Positions 46,856 through 57,105 of a stretch of 64,000 nucleotides of DNA are shown here, piece after piece. Position 1 is the stretch's first letter. Each line of letters starts with the position of its first letter. This DNA is from Candidatus Borrarchaeum weybense (GTDB lineage: Archaea > Asgardarchaeota > Sifarchaeia > Borrarchaeales > Borrarchaeaceae). The notes below the pieces were generated by a model. That model saw nothing but the letters and a program-made list of their open reading frames with translations. It did no database searches and was not told where the DNA came from. The stretch spans positions 773,062 through 837,061 of the forward strand of contig JAHQJS010000004.1 in assembly GCA_019057385.1 (NCBI GenBank), written 5' to 3'. A program made the translations under genes and the position numbers.

Positions 46856-48940
46856 CTATATTTTAACGAGAACATACTTCTTTCTTATGTAAATTAATTC
46901 AACAAGAACAACAGTAAATGCAATAGTAGTTCCTGCGAGAACCCAAGAATGAATAAGTACGTTTTGATTTAAGTGAAGCACGTTTGAAGTTCCATAAATT
47001 TCATTGTAATTACTACTGTATACTTCAACTGGTGGTAGATCATAACCTTCAACATGGTATTTAAAAGGTATTTCTAGCTTATAACTAAGTGTTAGACTTT
47101 CTCTAGGTCCTAATTGTAATTTCTCCCATTTCAAGTCCTTTGAACCAATTATACTTGGAATTCGATCAATAACATTGAAGGTTGGCGTTGGTTCTATGCC
47201 TGAATTGTAAATTGTGACATTTATGAATATTGTTTGTCCTGGCATAACTGTAGAAGGAAAAGCGTTTTTCTCAATTTCAAGATGGTACGTCCATGTTAAC
47301 TCGTTTGCAAATGTCTGATCGAACTTAAGTGAAATTTCATTTGACTTAAGTGATATATCTCCATAAGATATTGTAGTAAAGGATACAGCATCATTTTTTA
47401 TAGCTACAACATATTCAATGGTAGCAGATTCTCCAGGAGTAAGCTTCGGGAGTGTAGTTCTTAAAATAGTTCCACTAGTAGTTGAATTCTCGGGAGTTCT
47501 TACGATAGTACCATACCATAAATCTTCAGAAATTTCAATATCTTTAATTTCGGTGTTTCCAACATTCTTTACATTCAGTCTTATTGTTGTCGTAGTGTTA
47601 CTGATGATCGATGCCTCACTTTCTTTTGTTATAACAAGCAAGGACGCATTTTCTCTTGTTGAGACTAAAATTTCATTTGAATATATCCTTTCTTCTGTCT
47701 GATCGTTGCTTTTATTTGTGCTTGCATAAGTAATTTGATCTGGTTTTATTAGAGTATCTATTCTTTGTTTTGAAAGTTTAAGAATATAAGAATATGTAAC
47801 ATTGTCTCCAGGCAATATTTTCTTCCAAGATTGCTCTGATGTAAAATTAGAATGAAGTTTTACTCCCTCTGGAATCTTGATGTCAATTTCGACATCATAA
47901 GCTGTATCTATCCCAACATTTTCTATCACTGTTTCCACAATAATTTGGTCACTAGATTCTACCAAATATTGATTGACAGTCTTTGTTGCTCTGAGAATTG
48001 GAAACTTCTTCATTGTATAATTAGCTTTTAGATACGAGATTGATTTAATTTTTTCAGGAAAAGAAAAACTATAGATGTTTTCAGTTTTCGTACCTGGATA
48101 TTTTGGAAGAATTTCATCTTCAACTATTTTACCTGGAAAGAAAATAGAGATGGTTGATTTGTCCGACTGTTCATATCTGTAAATCTGATCATCTAGTTGC
48201 ATTACTTCTCCTAAATCGAATAAATGTTTCCCCTCAATGACTGGTATCGCTTTGGAATCTAATAACGATGTAATTTCTATAAATGATTGAAAATAAGGAG
48301 ACGCATCAGATTTAGGTCGTAAGAAAAGATGTATTTGAGAAAAACGAGCTGTTTGGATCATTTCTTCTGTAAATAGTGCTCCAAAAGACGTGTCTGGAAG
48401 AATCTCTTGAAACGTTTTTAGAACGGCAGAATAGTCAACGTTGGTTACATTAAAAGAGGAAAATATCAGTGTTCCACCTGATTGTTTTGTATTTCCATGA
48501 ATTTCTACTTCCACACCAAATTGTTGCTCAATTAAGTAGTTAATTATTCGTGCCCTGTCTTTTGCCTCATCATCTTCTATTGATGAATAAGCAACTTCAC
48601 TCCATAAACCTAATGTTGGACCTAGTCCTTCACCACCCTCTTTTCCACCTTGATTAGTTGAGAAGTAAATATGCAAATCACGCATTTTATAAAGTGACGT
48701 TATTTGAGGATCAAAACCAGAAATTGCCAATCTATTACTATCAAAGGATGCAGAAATTCTTATTGAGTCTCTATAGAGATTTACTTGAAGATTTTCATAA
48801 TAATAAAACGAATCTGAGGTTGCTAAAGTCGGCTCTGGAATTACTAATGGAACAAGAAGAAGAATACATATTACAAAGAGAATTCTTTTTCTTATCACTA
48901 TCACGTCCATCAAGTAAGAATCATTACTTTGCCACAGCAA
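46856..48940 (-). CDS. Large secreted, C-terminally anchored surface protein with DUF11/BatD-like Ig repeats (S-layer-like)
   Basis: Signal peptide, three repeats of K...I.V...I.N.G...., C-terminal TM, many NxS/T sequons. Confidence 0.75.
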   Translation of the reverse strand: MLWQSNDSYLMDVIVIRKRILFVICILLLVPLVIPEPTLATSDSFYYYENLQVNLYRDSIRISASFDSNRLAISGFDPQITSLYKMRDLHIYFSTNQGGKEGGEGLGPTLGLWSEVAYSSIEDDEAKDRARIINYLIEQQFGVEVEIHGNTKQSGGTLIFSSFNVTNVDYSAVLKTFQEILPDTSFGALFTEEMIQTARFSQIHLFLRPKSDASPYFQSFIEITSLLDSKAIPVIEGKHLFDLGEVMQLDDQIYRYEQSDKSTISIFFPGKIVEDEILPKYPGTKTENIYSFSFPEKIKSISYLKANYTMKKFPILRATKTVNQYLVESSDQIIVETVIENVGIDTAYDVEIDIKIPEGVKLHSNFTSEQSWKKILPGDNVTYSYILKLSKQRIDTLIKPDQITYASTNKSNDQTEERIYSNEILVSTRENASLLVITKESEASIISNTTTTIRLNVKNVGNTEIKDIEISEDLWYGTIVRTPENSTTSGTILRTTLPKLTPGESATIEYVVAIKNDAVSFTTISYGDISLKSNEISLKFDQTFANELTWTYHLEIEKNAFPSTVMPGQTIFINVTIYNSGIEPTPTFNVIDRIPSIIGSKDLKWEKLQLGPRESLTLSYKLEIPFKYHVEGYDLPPVEVYSSNYNEIYGTSNVLHLNQNVLIHSWVLAGTTIAFTVVLVELIYIRKKYVLVKI

Positions 48941-49560
48941 CTCGTCTTAGTTATTTAAACGTTTTTCTTCTACATTTTTAACATCTTAAAGTATATACTC
49001 AACGTTTTATTAGGTGCAAATAGGATATGCGCAATGAGTTTTATTTTCATCTTTTATAAATCCACTTTTAGCTTTTATGTACGTAAAGCTGTGAATTTTT
49101 AACTGAGTATGTTTATTATATATTCAGACTCAACAATCAACTGGTGTTATATATGATCTGTCGGAGGGTACATGAACTCCAACAATTTGGAGATTCATTT
49201 AGATTGTGAAATAATAAGAGATGGATCATGTATCATCATCTTACGCATTCTTTGGATTTTTGGTAAGCGAGGAGCGTTCAAAACCTCTGATGACGCTGGT
49301 AAACAAAACCGCTGTAAGAAATTTTAGAGACTTTTGTCTAGTCTTTCCACATCTAAAGGAGGCTCTTAAACTTGGCTAAAAAAAACAGCACAAAGAGAAA
49401 TCGTAAAAGAGTTGGATTCCATGATTTCGTGGCAGAAATGTTAGACGGTAGTTTTATAGAGTCTGAGAAGGAAGAGGATAACTAAAAATTCCCTTCTTCT
49501 TTTTATTTAATCTTTAGTTTTCTTAGTCGCATATTTCATATATACCAAAACTGTTGCTGC

Positions 49561-50472
49561 TTAAAACATACACATTTCTTTATACGCGCTATATCGCTGC
49601 TCTATTTCCTCCAGAGTAAGATCTAATAATTTCTTTACACTGAATTCTTCCACTACAAAACTGCCAATTATATGTCCGTACGCCATCGCCTCTTTTATCT
49701 TATTAATAGAAATACTTTTTTCGTTCTTAGTACTCCGTGCAATATGTCCTAAAAAGCCTCCAGCAAAAGCGTCGCCGGCTCCTGTTGGATCTACAATCTC
49801 CTCTAAGGGATAACCTGATGAGGGAAATATTCCATCTTTTGATACCAGTAATGCCCCATGTTCTCCTTTTTTAATAATAACATGTTTTGTGTTTGTTCCC
49901 CATTCCAAAAGGGTTTTACCGCCCTTTAACAGATTAGGAGTGCCACACAACAATCTTGTTTCTTCATCATTCAAAATAACAACATCAACTTTAGACATCA
50001 CTTCGAGGGTTTCATCCTTCATGGTTTCAATCCATAACTCAATGGTATCACAGGCTGTAAGTCTCGGCGATTTTATTTTCTTCAACAATTCTAAATTCTG
50101 AGTGGGTTCATTTGTTCCTAAATAGACAAACTCAGCGTCCTTATATGCTTCTGGTAGTGAGGGGGTGAAATCTTCCATAACTCCAAGGTGTGTTTTTGTA
50201 TTATAACGTTTGCAAAGACTGTAATCATAGGTCGATTCAAACCGAAACGTCTTACCTTCCTCTATTTTCAAACCGCGAAGATCTAAACGCTCGTCTAAAA
50301 TATCATAATAATCCTTTGGGAAATCTGTCCCAATAACTCCAACAATCCCTGTCTCCTCAAAAAGACTAGAAGCGAGAGAAAAATTCACTATAGCTCCACC
50401 TAACACCTCTTGAACTGTATCGAATGGCGTTGTGGTCGTATCCAGTGCTAGCGATCCAATTCCAACTATCAT
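49561..50472 (-). CDS. PfkB-family carbohydrate/nucleoside kinase
   Basis: GG..N, LNDEE, KKGEHG, DPTGAGDAFAGG. Confidence 0.9.
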   Translation of the reverse strand: MIVGIGSLALDTTTTPFDTVQEVLGGAIVNFSLASSLFEETGIVGVIGTDFPKDYYDILDERLDLRGLKIEEGKTFRFESTYDYSLCKRYNTKTHLGVMEDFTPSLPEAYKDAEFVYLGTNEPTQNLELLKKIKSPRLTACDTIELWIETMKDETLEVMSKVDVVILNDEETRLLCGTPNLLKGGKTLLEWGTNTKHVIIKKGEHGALLVSKDGIFPSSGYPLEEIVDPTGAGDAFAGGFLGHIARSTKNEKSISINKIKEAMAYGHIIGSFVVEEFSVKKLLDLTLEEIEQRYSAYKEMCMF

Positions 50473-50606
50473 CTTATACTACCAAAGAATGCTACCTGTA
50501 AAAAGGTGGGGAATACGAGAATAAACTATCCTATATATATACCTTTTTTTGTATGTATTTTAAAGGACGTTTTATTTTAAATTAATTAAAAGTGATCTTA
50601 TATTTT

Positions 50607-51440
50607 TCAGAAACAGAACTCACACGGGATATTAAAATCTGATTGAAATCTAAGAAGCGTTTTCTTAATATTTGTGAAATAATTATTGTTTTTTTGCTTA
50701 TCAAAGAGTAAATCGCTCACCTGGCTTAATTTCTCCGGAAAATTTTCTCTTAAGGTATCTCTGATAAGAGGCCAGTTTCCTGCCTTTATATTGAGTTTAT
50801 CGATCGAGAGACGATCGATGACCCCCTCGCTAAATACATCTAATAATTGACTTAATGATTGTTCGGTTAGAACTGGAATAATTGGACCCAGAAAAACATA
50901 AGTTGCAATGCCTTGATCGTGTAGTTTCCGTAATGTAGAAATTCTTTGTTCTATTGGTGATGCTTCTGGCTCAAAAACCTCTCTTATCTTATCATTATAA
51001 GTGGTAATCGTGAAACCTACTTCGCACTCACTAAATTGACTTAAGAGATCGATATCTCGTGTAACTAATGCAGATTTTGTTAAAATTGAAATTGTTCGAT
51101 CATATCTCAATAAACGTTGTAGACATTTTCTTGTGAGTTCATATTTTTCCTCAACGGGCTGATAGGGATCTGTCACACTACTCAACAATATAAGCCCTTT
51201 TCCTTTTTTACGGGCGAGTTCCCCAGAAAGAAGATTCGCAATATTGGTTTTTATATCTACAAATTCGCCCCAAGGCTCTTTATGCTTCGTATATCGTTTC
51301 ATAAACCGAGCATAACAGTACTTACAACCGTGAGTGCACCCAATGTAAGGATTGATCACATAATCAACATCATAGATCCGACTCTTTACCAAAGCTGACT
51401 TTACAATAATCTCTTGAATTAGCGACATTAGAAAACCCAT
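50607..51440 (-). CDS. SPL-like radical SAM protein
   Basis: INPYIGCTHGCKYCYA, SSVTDPYQP.E, LTKS, RDIDLL, EP.AS. Confidence 0.88.
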   Translation of the reverse strand: MGFLMSLIQEIIVKSALVKSRIYDVDYVINPYIGCTHGCKYCYARFMKRYTKHKEPWGEFVDIKTNIANLLSGELARKKGKGLILLSSVTDPYQPVEEKYELTRKCLQRLLRYDRTISILTKSALVTRDIDLLSQFSECEVGFTITTYNDKIREVFEPEASPIEQRISTLRKLHDQGIATYVFLGPIIPVLTEQSLSQLLDVFSEGVIDRLSIDKLNIKAGNWPLIRDTLRENFPEKLSQVSDLLFDKQKNNNYFTNIKKTLLRFQSDFNIPCEFCF

Positions 51441-51735
51441 AAAAATTGATTTAACTTCAATTTAACATGTTAAAGAAAGTTATAAGAAAATATAACTGTT
51501 TTTCTGTAAGCAACCGATAGTTTTTCAAGGACAAAAACAAAATTTTTTGCGCCTAAATAAACTTGTCAAACACTTGAGAATCAAAAAGATATTTTGGCAT
51601 AAGAAATGCATCGGTGTTGTTTGAGGTCCATTCTTATTTATCAAAATATCTAAAATATAGCTAAATTTAAATAACCATATATCAAGTATAAAACTAAAAA
51701 ATATATTCGTGTCAAGGTACTTTCTGCATCCAGTG

Positions 51736-52335
51736 ATGACGATGACTTCCCGTAAGCAAACTATCAACAATACAACAAATCTAACACGCGTCATCATGCA
51801 AATGAAACATAAATTCGATATAATCTTAGAAGTGATTGCCACTGGAAAACCATTGATTGTATGTACCGAATCTCGTAAAGATACTGAGCTATATGTACAC
51901 ACTCTAGCAAAACTTCGACCTGGAGTAAGTATTATCCCTTGGACGGAGGATGAGAATACTATCTTTTCCTTACAAGATAGAAATAATATAGTTGCAGGAG
52001 TTCCAATACAATATTTGATGAAACTTTCTGAAGAAGAAAATCTTACAATCATAAATTTAGTTTTTCTACGAATACATAGCAAGGTGCTCACTACTAAGAA
52101 ATGGAAAGATATCGCAAAATACGCAAATAAAAACATCAAAGACCTAGGCGATGAAAGAATTTATACTTACATTCAATCCCAGATGGAACCCCCTGCAGAC
52201 GTAATTCAACCCCAGATGGTACCCACTGCAGACATTAAATGTTCAAAGTGTGGTGGCCCAATAAAAGTCCGCAAAATTTCGTTAGATAAAGTACAATTGA
52301 GTTGTGAGAACTGTGGTTCAATATGGGTAGAGTGA
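51736..52335 (+). CDS. DENN/folliculin-C-like domain plus C-terminal zinc ribbon; paralog of the C-half of 53941-54765
   Basis: ILEVIATGKPLIVC...YVHTLAKLRP...IIPW...IVAGVP; CSKC...CENC. Confidence 0.6.
   Translation: MTMTSRKQTINNTTNLTRVIMQMKHKFDIILEVIATGKPLIVCTESRKDTELYVHTLAKLRPGVSIIPWTEDENTIFSLQDRNNIVAGVPIQYLMKLSEEENLTIINLVFLRIHSKVLTTKKWKDIAKYANKNIKDLGDERIYTYIQSQMEPPADVIQPQMVPTADIKCSKCGGPIKVRKISLDKVQLSCENCGSIWVE
52171..52236 (+). repeat. In-frame 33-bp tandem duplication (IQSQMEPPADV / IQPQMVPTADI)
   Basis: attcaatcccagatggaaccccctgcagacgta followed by attcaaccccagatggtacccactgcagacatt. Confidence 0.8.
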
Positions 52336-52456
52336 AGAGAAAAGAAGAACTGCTACTACCTCACTGTTTTTAAATGTCAATATTTTATAATTCTACGGAA
52401 AAATACTATCCACAAAAGACTCGACAACGGGCATTCCTGATTTGGTGTGCTAAATT

Positions 52457-53815
52457 ATGCCTCGACAAAACCCACAAAAGATAGTTAAAAGGTTTCAAAA
52501 GAAGGTTCCTTGGTTATCCGAAGTGGTTAATACTGCTGAAATAGCATCTGATCTTAATATAGCTGATTTTCGAGTAACAGCTACTTCTTCAAGCAGATGC
52601 AGTATTTGCAAAGGAGGAAAAATGCTTTGTGGCAAAATAAGATGTCCACTTCTTGCTAGAATTCGTTCCTATCTGAAAATAAAACCACTTTATGATCAAG
52701 AGGTCTTAGAAGGGGCTTCACCTCCTGGGGTCTTTGTTGGGAGAATAGGATATCCTTATGTATATGCAGGTCCACTTGTTCCTCCTATTCAGGGTGACAC
52801 CAGTCTTTTAGATGTGCCAGAACTTTGGTTTGGCAAATCAATAGAAGATATAGTTGATATGCGATTCAAGCTGGTGCGAGGGAAGTATCGTGTGAATGTC
52901 AAGAAGCCTGATGAAGGAGGACGAATTTTAGATGATACACGGCTTTTAGGACTTGCTGGACGTTCTGTAGACATTGATCTGTCCTTAAAAACAAAACCTA
53001 GTTCCACTTTTACATTAAGTTCTGAAGTACAGCCTATGGGTCCTTCTGCATTAATTAACAATTTAGAAGTTGAAGGAAACATTAAAACTGAACGTCATCT
53101 TGAGAAAGCCTATAATGATACCGATCTTAAGGCGGCAAATGCTGTTGTTGATCTTTACAACAGCGACGTAAGAGTCTCATCGATCCAGAAGGCTTTTTCT
53201 GTTGGATCATTCGGTCTGGAAGGTCAAAGGAAGTTGGTGCCAACTCGATGGAGTATAACGGCGGTCGACTCAATCCTGTCAAAGGAACTTATGAAGGACG
53301 TAAAGCGAAATCCAACTATTAATGAATTTCGTGTCTATGAATCTAATTATCTTGATAACTGTTTTCAAATTCTATTTCTTCCTGAGAACTGGAGATACGA
53401 GACCATGGAAGCGTGGTACCCAGGCACAATTTGGAATCCTGCAGATCAGAATATACATATGTTTAGCGACCATGAAGGTTATCATGGGCGTACCACTTAT
53501 GCAAAAATTGGTGGATGTTATTACGCAGCTAGACTGGCAGTTAATGAACTTCTTGAGAAGGAAAGACGCCAGGCAAGTGTTATTATACTTAGAGAAATTC
53601 GACCGGGCTATATTATGCCTGTAGGCGTGTGGAATGTCAGAGAAAACGTCAGAAACGCTTTGAAACAAAAACCTCTAAAATTCGAAACTCTAAAAGAGGC
53701 ATTAGATCATGTGCGAGCTCGGTTACACATCGATCTCGATGTTTGGATAAATAATAGCCAACTTTTGAAGGATGTACTAGTCCAGAAGAAAATTTCGGAT
53801 TTCTTTCCTACTTGA
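52457..53815 (+). CDS. nreA: Archaeal DNA repair protein Nre (PCNA-interacting)
   Basis: CxxCKG...LCG...CP, SPPGVFVGR.GYP, LVPTRWSITAVD, GCYYAARL, C-terminal PIP box QKKISDFF. Confidence 0.93.
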   Translation: MPRQNPQKIVKRFQKKVPWLSEVVNTAEIASDLNIADFRVTATSSSRCSICKGGKMLCGKIRCPLLARIRSYLKIKPLYDQEVLEGASPPGVFVGRIGYPYVYAGPLVPPIQGDTSLLDVPELWFGKSIEDIVDMRFKLVRGKYRVNVKKPDEGGRILDDTRLLGLAGRSVDIDLSLKTKPSSTFTLSSEVQPMGPSALINNLEVEGNIKTERHLEKAYNDTDLKAANAVVDLYNSDVRVSSIQKAFSVGSFGLEGQRKLVPTRWSITAVDSILSKELMKDVKRNPTINEFRVYESNYLDNCFQILFLPENWRYETMEAWYPGTIWNPADQNIHMFSDHEGYHGRTTYAKIGGCYYAARLAVNELLEKERRQASVIILREIRPGYIMPVGVWNVRENVRNALKQKPLKFETLKEALDHVRARLHIDLDVWINNSQLLKDVLVQKKISDFFPT

Positions 53816-53940
53816 GATTTATGTCTAGTTGAATGGAATATAATCATTAATGAAAAGAAATACAGTATACTTTTACTACAAAATTTATATCTCATTCTTT
53901 CAATTTTCTATTTTGAGATTACTGTTTAGAAGGGATACTT

Positions 53941-54765
53941 TTGCTTCATAATGTGTACATATTTAAAGCAGATGGGGTCTGTCTTTTCACAAGAAAATAT
54001 GGAAGTCTAGAGACTGATGAAGCAATTGTGACGGGCTTCTTAAGTGCGATTTCAAATTTTGGAGAGCAAATTGGAACGACTTCACTTCAAAGGCTTGATT
54101 TCGGTAATTATCGCATAATTCTTGTTAATACAGGAGAGAATTTAATAACAGCAGGTGTTATTGACAAGGATGATGACGTTTTTGTCATGGAACATGGCTT
54201 GAAGCGATTAACTTTAGATTTTAAGAGTCACTATGAAAATATCAAAGATAGTGCAATCAGCAATACTCTTTTTGAATCCTATACTGAAAATGCAGACAAG
54301 ATTTTACAATTTATTTCTGATTCAAATAAAGAAATTAAAAAATTAAGGAATCTATCAAAGGTCATTAAACAAATGAAAAGTAAATTCGAGATACTACTAG
54401 AAGTTATTGCCTCAGGCAAACCTCTATTTATTTGTTCAGAAAGTCGCGAAATAACGGAACTTTACTGTCATAGTTTGGCAGCCCTCCGCCCTGATATTGA
54501 ACTCATTCCTTGGATCGACAATGAGAATGCAGTATATATATTAAAACATCACAAAAACGTAATCGTTGGAATACCGTTACAGTATTTGATGAAACTTGCT
54601 GAAGATAAAGAAGTCACCATTGCTAACCTAACCCACTTTCGTATTCATGGCGCTGTGAAACCTTCAAAAAAATGGAAAGAAGTTGCAAAATATGCAACTA
54701 AACAAATCGAAGAATTAGGCGATGAGGGAATAACAAAATATATTCAGTCACGGATGGACAACTAA
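53941..54765 (+). CDS. Longin domain plus DENN/folliculin-C-like domain protein
   Basis: N-terminal VYIF..DGVCLF...VTGFLSAI..F longin signature; C-half similar to 51736-52335. Confidence 0.7.
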   Translation: MLHNVYIFKADGVCLFTRKYGSLETDEAIVTGFLSAISNFGEQIGTTSLQRLDFGNYRIILVNTGENLITAGVIDKDDDVFVMEHGLKRLTLDFKSHYENIKDSAISNTLFESYTENADKILQFISDSNKEIKKLRNLSKVIKQMKSKFEILLEVIASGKPLFICSESREITELYCHSLAALRPDIELIPWIDNENAVYILKHHKNVIVGIPLQYLMKLAEDKEVTIANLTHFRIHGAVKPSKKWKEVAKYATKQIEELGDEGITKYIQSRMDN

Positions 54766-55028
54766 TAGTGGTTTCGTTACTCTAAATGCTCTCGTGCGGA
54801 AAAGAATTACAGGCCTTTTTTAACCTAATTGTCACTTAATTAATCATCCTTTGCGCAGAGAGGAATTTGCGATATTTAAATGACATCAGGTAAAGAGTTT
54901 TGTCACAAAACAAATAAATATAAGGAAACCATGCGAATATCGCATAAGTACAGTTTTAATTCATTGAAAAACTCACAGAAATCATGATAACATGGGAACT
55001 ATGCTAAGTTGATAAGAGGTGAACTATA

Positions 55029-55271
55029 ATGGAAGAATCTACTCATGATGATGACCTTGTAAAACAGTTGAAAGAACTTCAAAACATTATAAACGACTTC
55101 GTTGAAGACAAATGTGAACGCAATGAAGTCTTCAAAAAAATTATGTTGGTCTATAAATTCATGCAAAAGGACATAGCTTCTACCATGGGTGCTATTGCAA
55201 GCCCTTGTGGTGGATGTGGCAAGAATATACCCACAAAGACAAAAGAAGCGGAAAAGAGCATCTATAGTTAA
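55029..55271 (+). CDS. Small hypothetical protein
   Basis: GAGGTGA SD; helical N-half and a CGGC motif. Confidence 0.6.
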   Translation: MEESTHDDDLVKQLKELQNIINDFVEDKCERNEVFKKIMLVYKFMQKDIASTMGAIASPCGGCGKNIPTKTKEAEKSIYS

Positions 55272-55496
55272 GGAAAAAAATATACAATCATATTCTAAAA
55301 TATTTTCTAATTTTCCTCTTTCATTCTTGATACAAGCTTTAATTATTGTTGCGCGCACCCAGTCTCCTTTTAAGTTTTGATTTTCCCGAAAGTTTTAAAT
55401 ACTTAATGCGCCTATTTATTTTTTGTACGTTTTAGAAAATTAAAACGTATTATATGATTAAATGATAACGATCACACAAATTATGGAGGTTGAAAG

Positions 55497-56213
55497 ATGA
55501 GCGAAATGACAACAACAGAAAAAACCAAAGCAGTACTTCAAACAGTAGCAGAGAATCTTAAAGTTTTGTATCAACGAGCATATCGAGCATTAACTTTTGA
55601 CAAAAGTGTATACAATGAAGTCAAGGATGACCCAGAAGCAACTATTCCGTCAGCGATAATGCCTTTTCTAATTGAGATCGCATTTCTTTTCATTGTGGGA
55701 ATTGCAACGATTCCACTCTGGCTCATGTACGGCTCTAATGCACAAATTCAAGGAAATATTACCCCTGCACATTGGGCTGCTGGAATCGGAATCGCTATTT
55801 CAGCGTCGGTAGTATTTTTCTTAGGCACATTTCTTATATGGGTTATATCACAAGCGATCATTGCGCGATTTGCGGGAGTTAAAGAACTTCAGATAAAGCA
55901 AGTATTAAGGAGCTCAGCGTTTGCTTTTGTTCCGTTATTCTTTGCACCCTTTGTCGTTGTAGCTACAATGTATGCTGCAGTGGCGGGAGCTGAAATTGGA
56001 GCAGCTGCAATCTTCTTGATCGGTGGCGGAATTATTTTCATTCTTGTCGTGATCAATAATATCCTAGCATTCAGAGAAATAACCGGTGTTACCACTGGAG
56101 TCTCAATTATGTCGAATACATTTGCCTTTGTATTAGCTAGCATTCTAGGTATCCTGATGACTGTTGCCTATGGGTTTTCATTAGCAGGTATCGCTTGGCT
56201 TGTTTTGGCTTAG
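55497..56213 (+). CDS. Yip1-family membrane protein
   Basis: RAL.FD...Y.EV.DD start, about 5 TMs, QVLRSSAFAFVP; GGAGGT SD. Confidence 0.75.
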   Translation: MSEMTTTEKTKAVLQTVAENLKVLYQRAYRALTFDKSVYNEVKDDPEATIPSAIMPFLIEIAFLFIVGIATIPLWLMYGSNAQIQGNITPAHWAAGIGIAISASVVFFLGTFLIWVISQAIIARFAGVKELQIKQVLRSSAFAFVPLFFAPFVVVATMYAAVAGAEIGAAAIFLIGGGIIFILVVINNILAFREITGVTTGVSIMSNTFAFVLASILGILMTVAYGFSLAGIAWLVLA

Positions 56214-56303
56214 ATTGTTGCAGTGAATTTGACAAACAATTCTTCCCCATTTTTTTTCAATTTTTTTTCTGAAGTAACGAATTTAATGTATGGAGGCATA
56301 AAA

Positions 56304-57080
56304 TTGGCTGAAAAGGATGATATAGTAGTAGAGGCAGTCAATTTAAACAAAGAATATTATTTAGGAGAAATAACAGTTCCCGCTTTGAGAGAAATCAACA
56401 TGAAGGTGAAAAAGGGAGAATTCATCGTTATCATGGGACCTTCAGGAAGTGGGAAATCAACGTTACTAAACATAATAGGTGGTCTAGATAATCCTACCTC
56501 AGGAAAAGTCTACATTAATGGGCAGGACATTTCAGAAATGTCGGATGGAACCTTAACTGAACTGAGAGCGCAGGAGATTGGTTTTATCTTTCAATTTTAT
56601 AATCTTGTTCCCGTACTGAGTGCGTTTGAAAATGTGGAATTACCAATGATGGTAAATGGGATTTCAGAAAAACAAGGAAAGAAACGGGCTAAAGAACTTT
56701 TAGAAATGGTTGGGCTCGCTGATCGAATGCATCACCGACCAGATGAACTCAGCGGTGGACAACGACAGCGGGTGTCCATTGCACGCGCACTTGCGAACAA
56801 ACCATCAATTGTAGTGGCAGATGAACCTACAGGTGATGTCGATACACGCACCGGTGATGAGATTTTGGAATTGATGCATGACTTAAACAAAAACATGGGC
56901 GTGACATTCATTGTTATCACTCACGATCCCAACATTGCAGAACATTGTGATAGACTCATTCGAATAGTTGATGGGCAAATTGCATCAGATAAGCCGACAG
57001 TGCATGAAATACTATCCATTACCAATGAGGAACTGAGAGCCTACAAAGGTTTCACCGGGTATATCAGTGATTCTAGATGA
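56304..57080 (+). CDS. MacB/LolD-type ABC transporter ATPase
   Basis: GPSGSGKS, GFIFQFYNL, LSGGQRQRVSIARAL, ADEPTG; TTG 56304 after GGAGG. Confidence 0.93.
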   Translation: MAEKDDIVVEAVNLNKEYYLGEITVPALREINMKVKKGEFIVIMGPSGSGKSTLLNIIGGLDNPTSGKVYINGQDISEMSDGTLTELRAQEIGFIFQFYNLVPVLSAFENVELPMMVNGISEKQGKKRAKELLEMVGLADRMHHRPDELSGGQRQRVSIARALANKPSIVVADEPTGDVDTRTGDEILELMHDLNKNMGVTFIVITHDPNIAEHCDRLIRIVDGQIASDKPTVHEILSITNEELRAYKGFTGYISDSR

Positions 57081-57105
57081 GTATACTAAATGAAGGGGGT
57101 ATTTT

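Noticed and set aside
48941-49560. 620-bp intergenic region with a hairpin (49172-49198) and a ~51-codon ORF
   Set aside because: No recognisable RNA family or protein motif; the SD spacing is too short.
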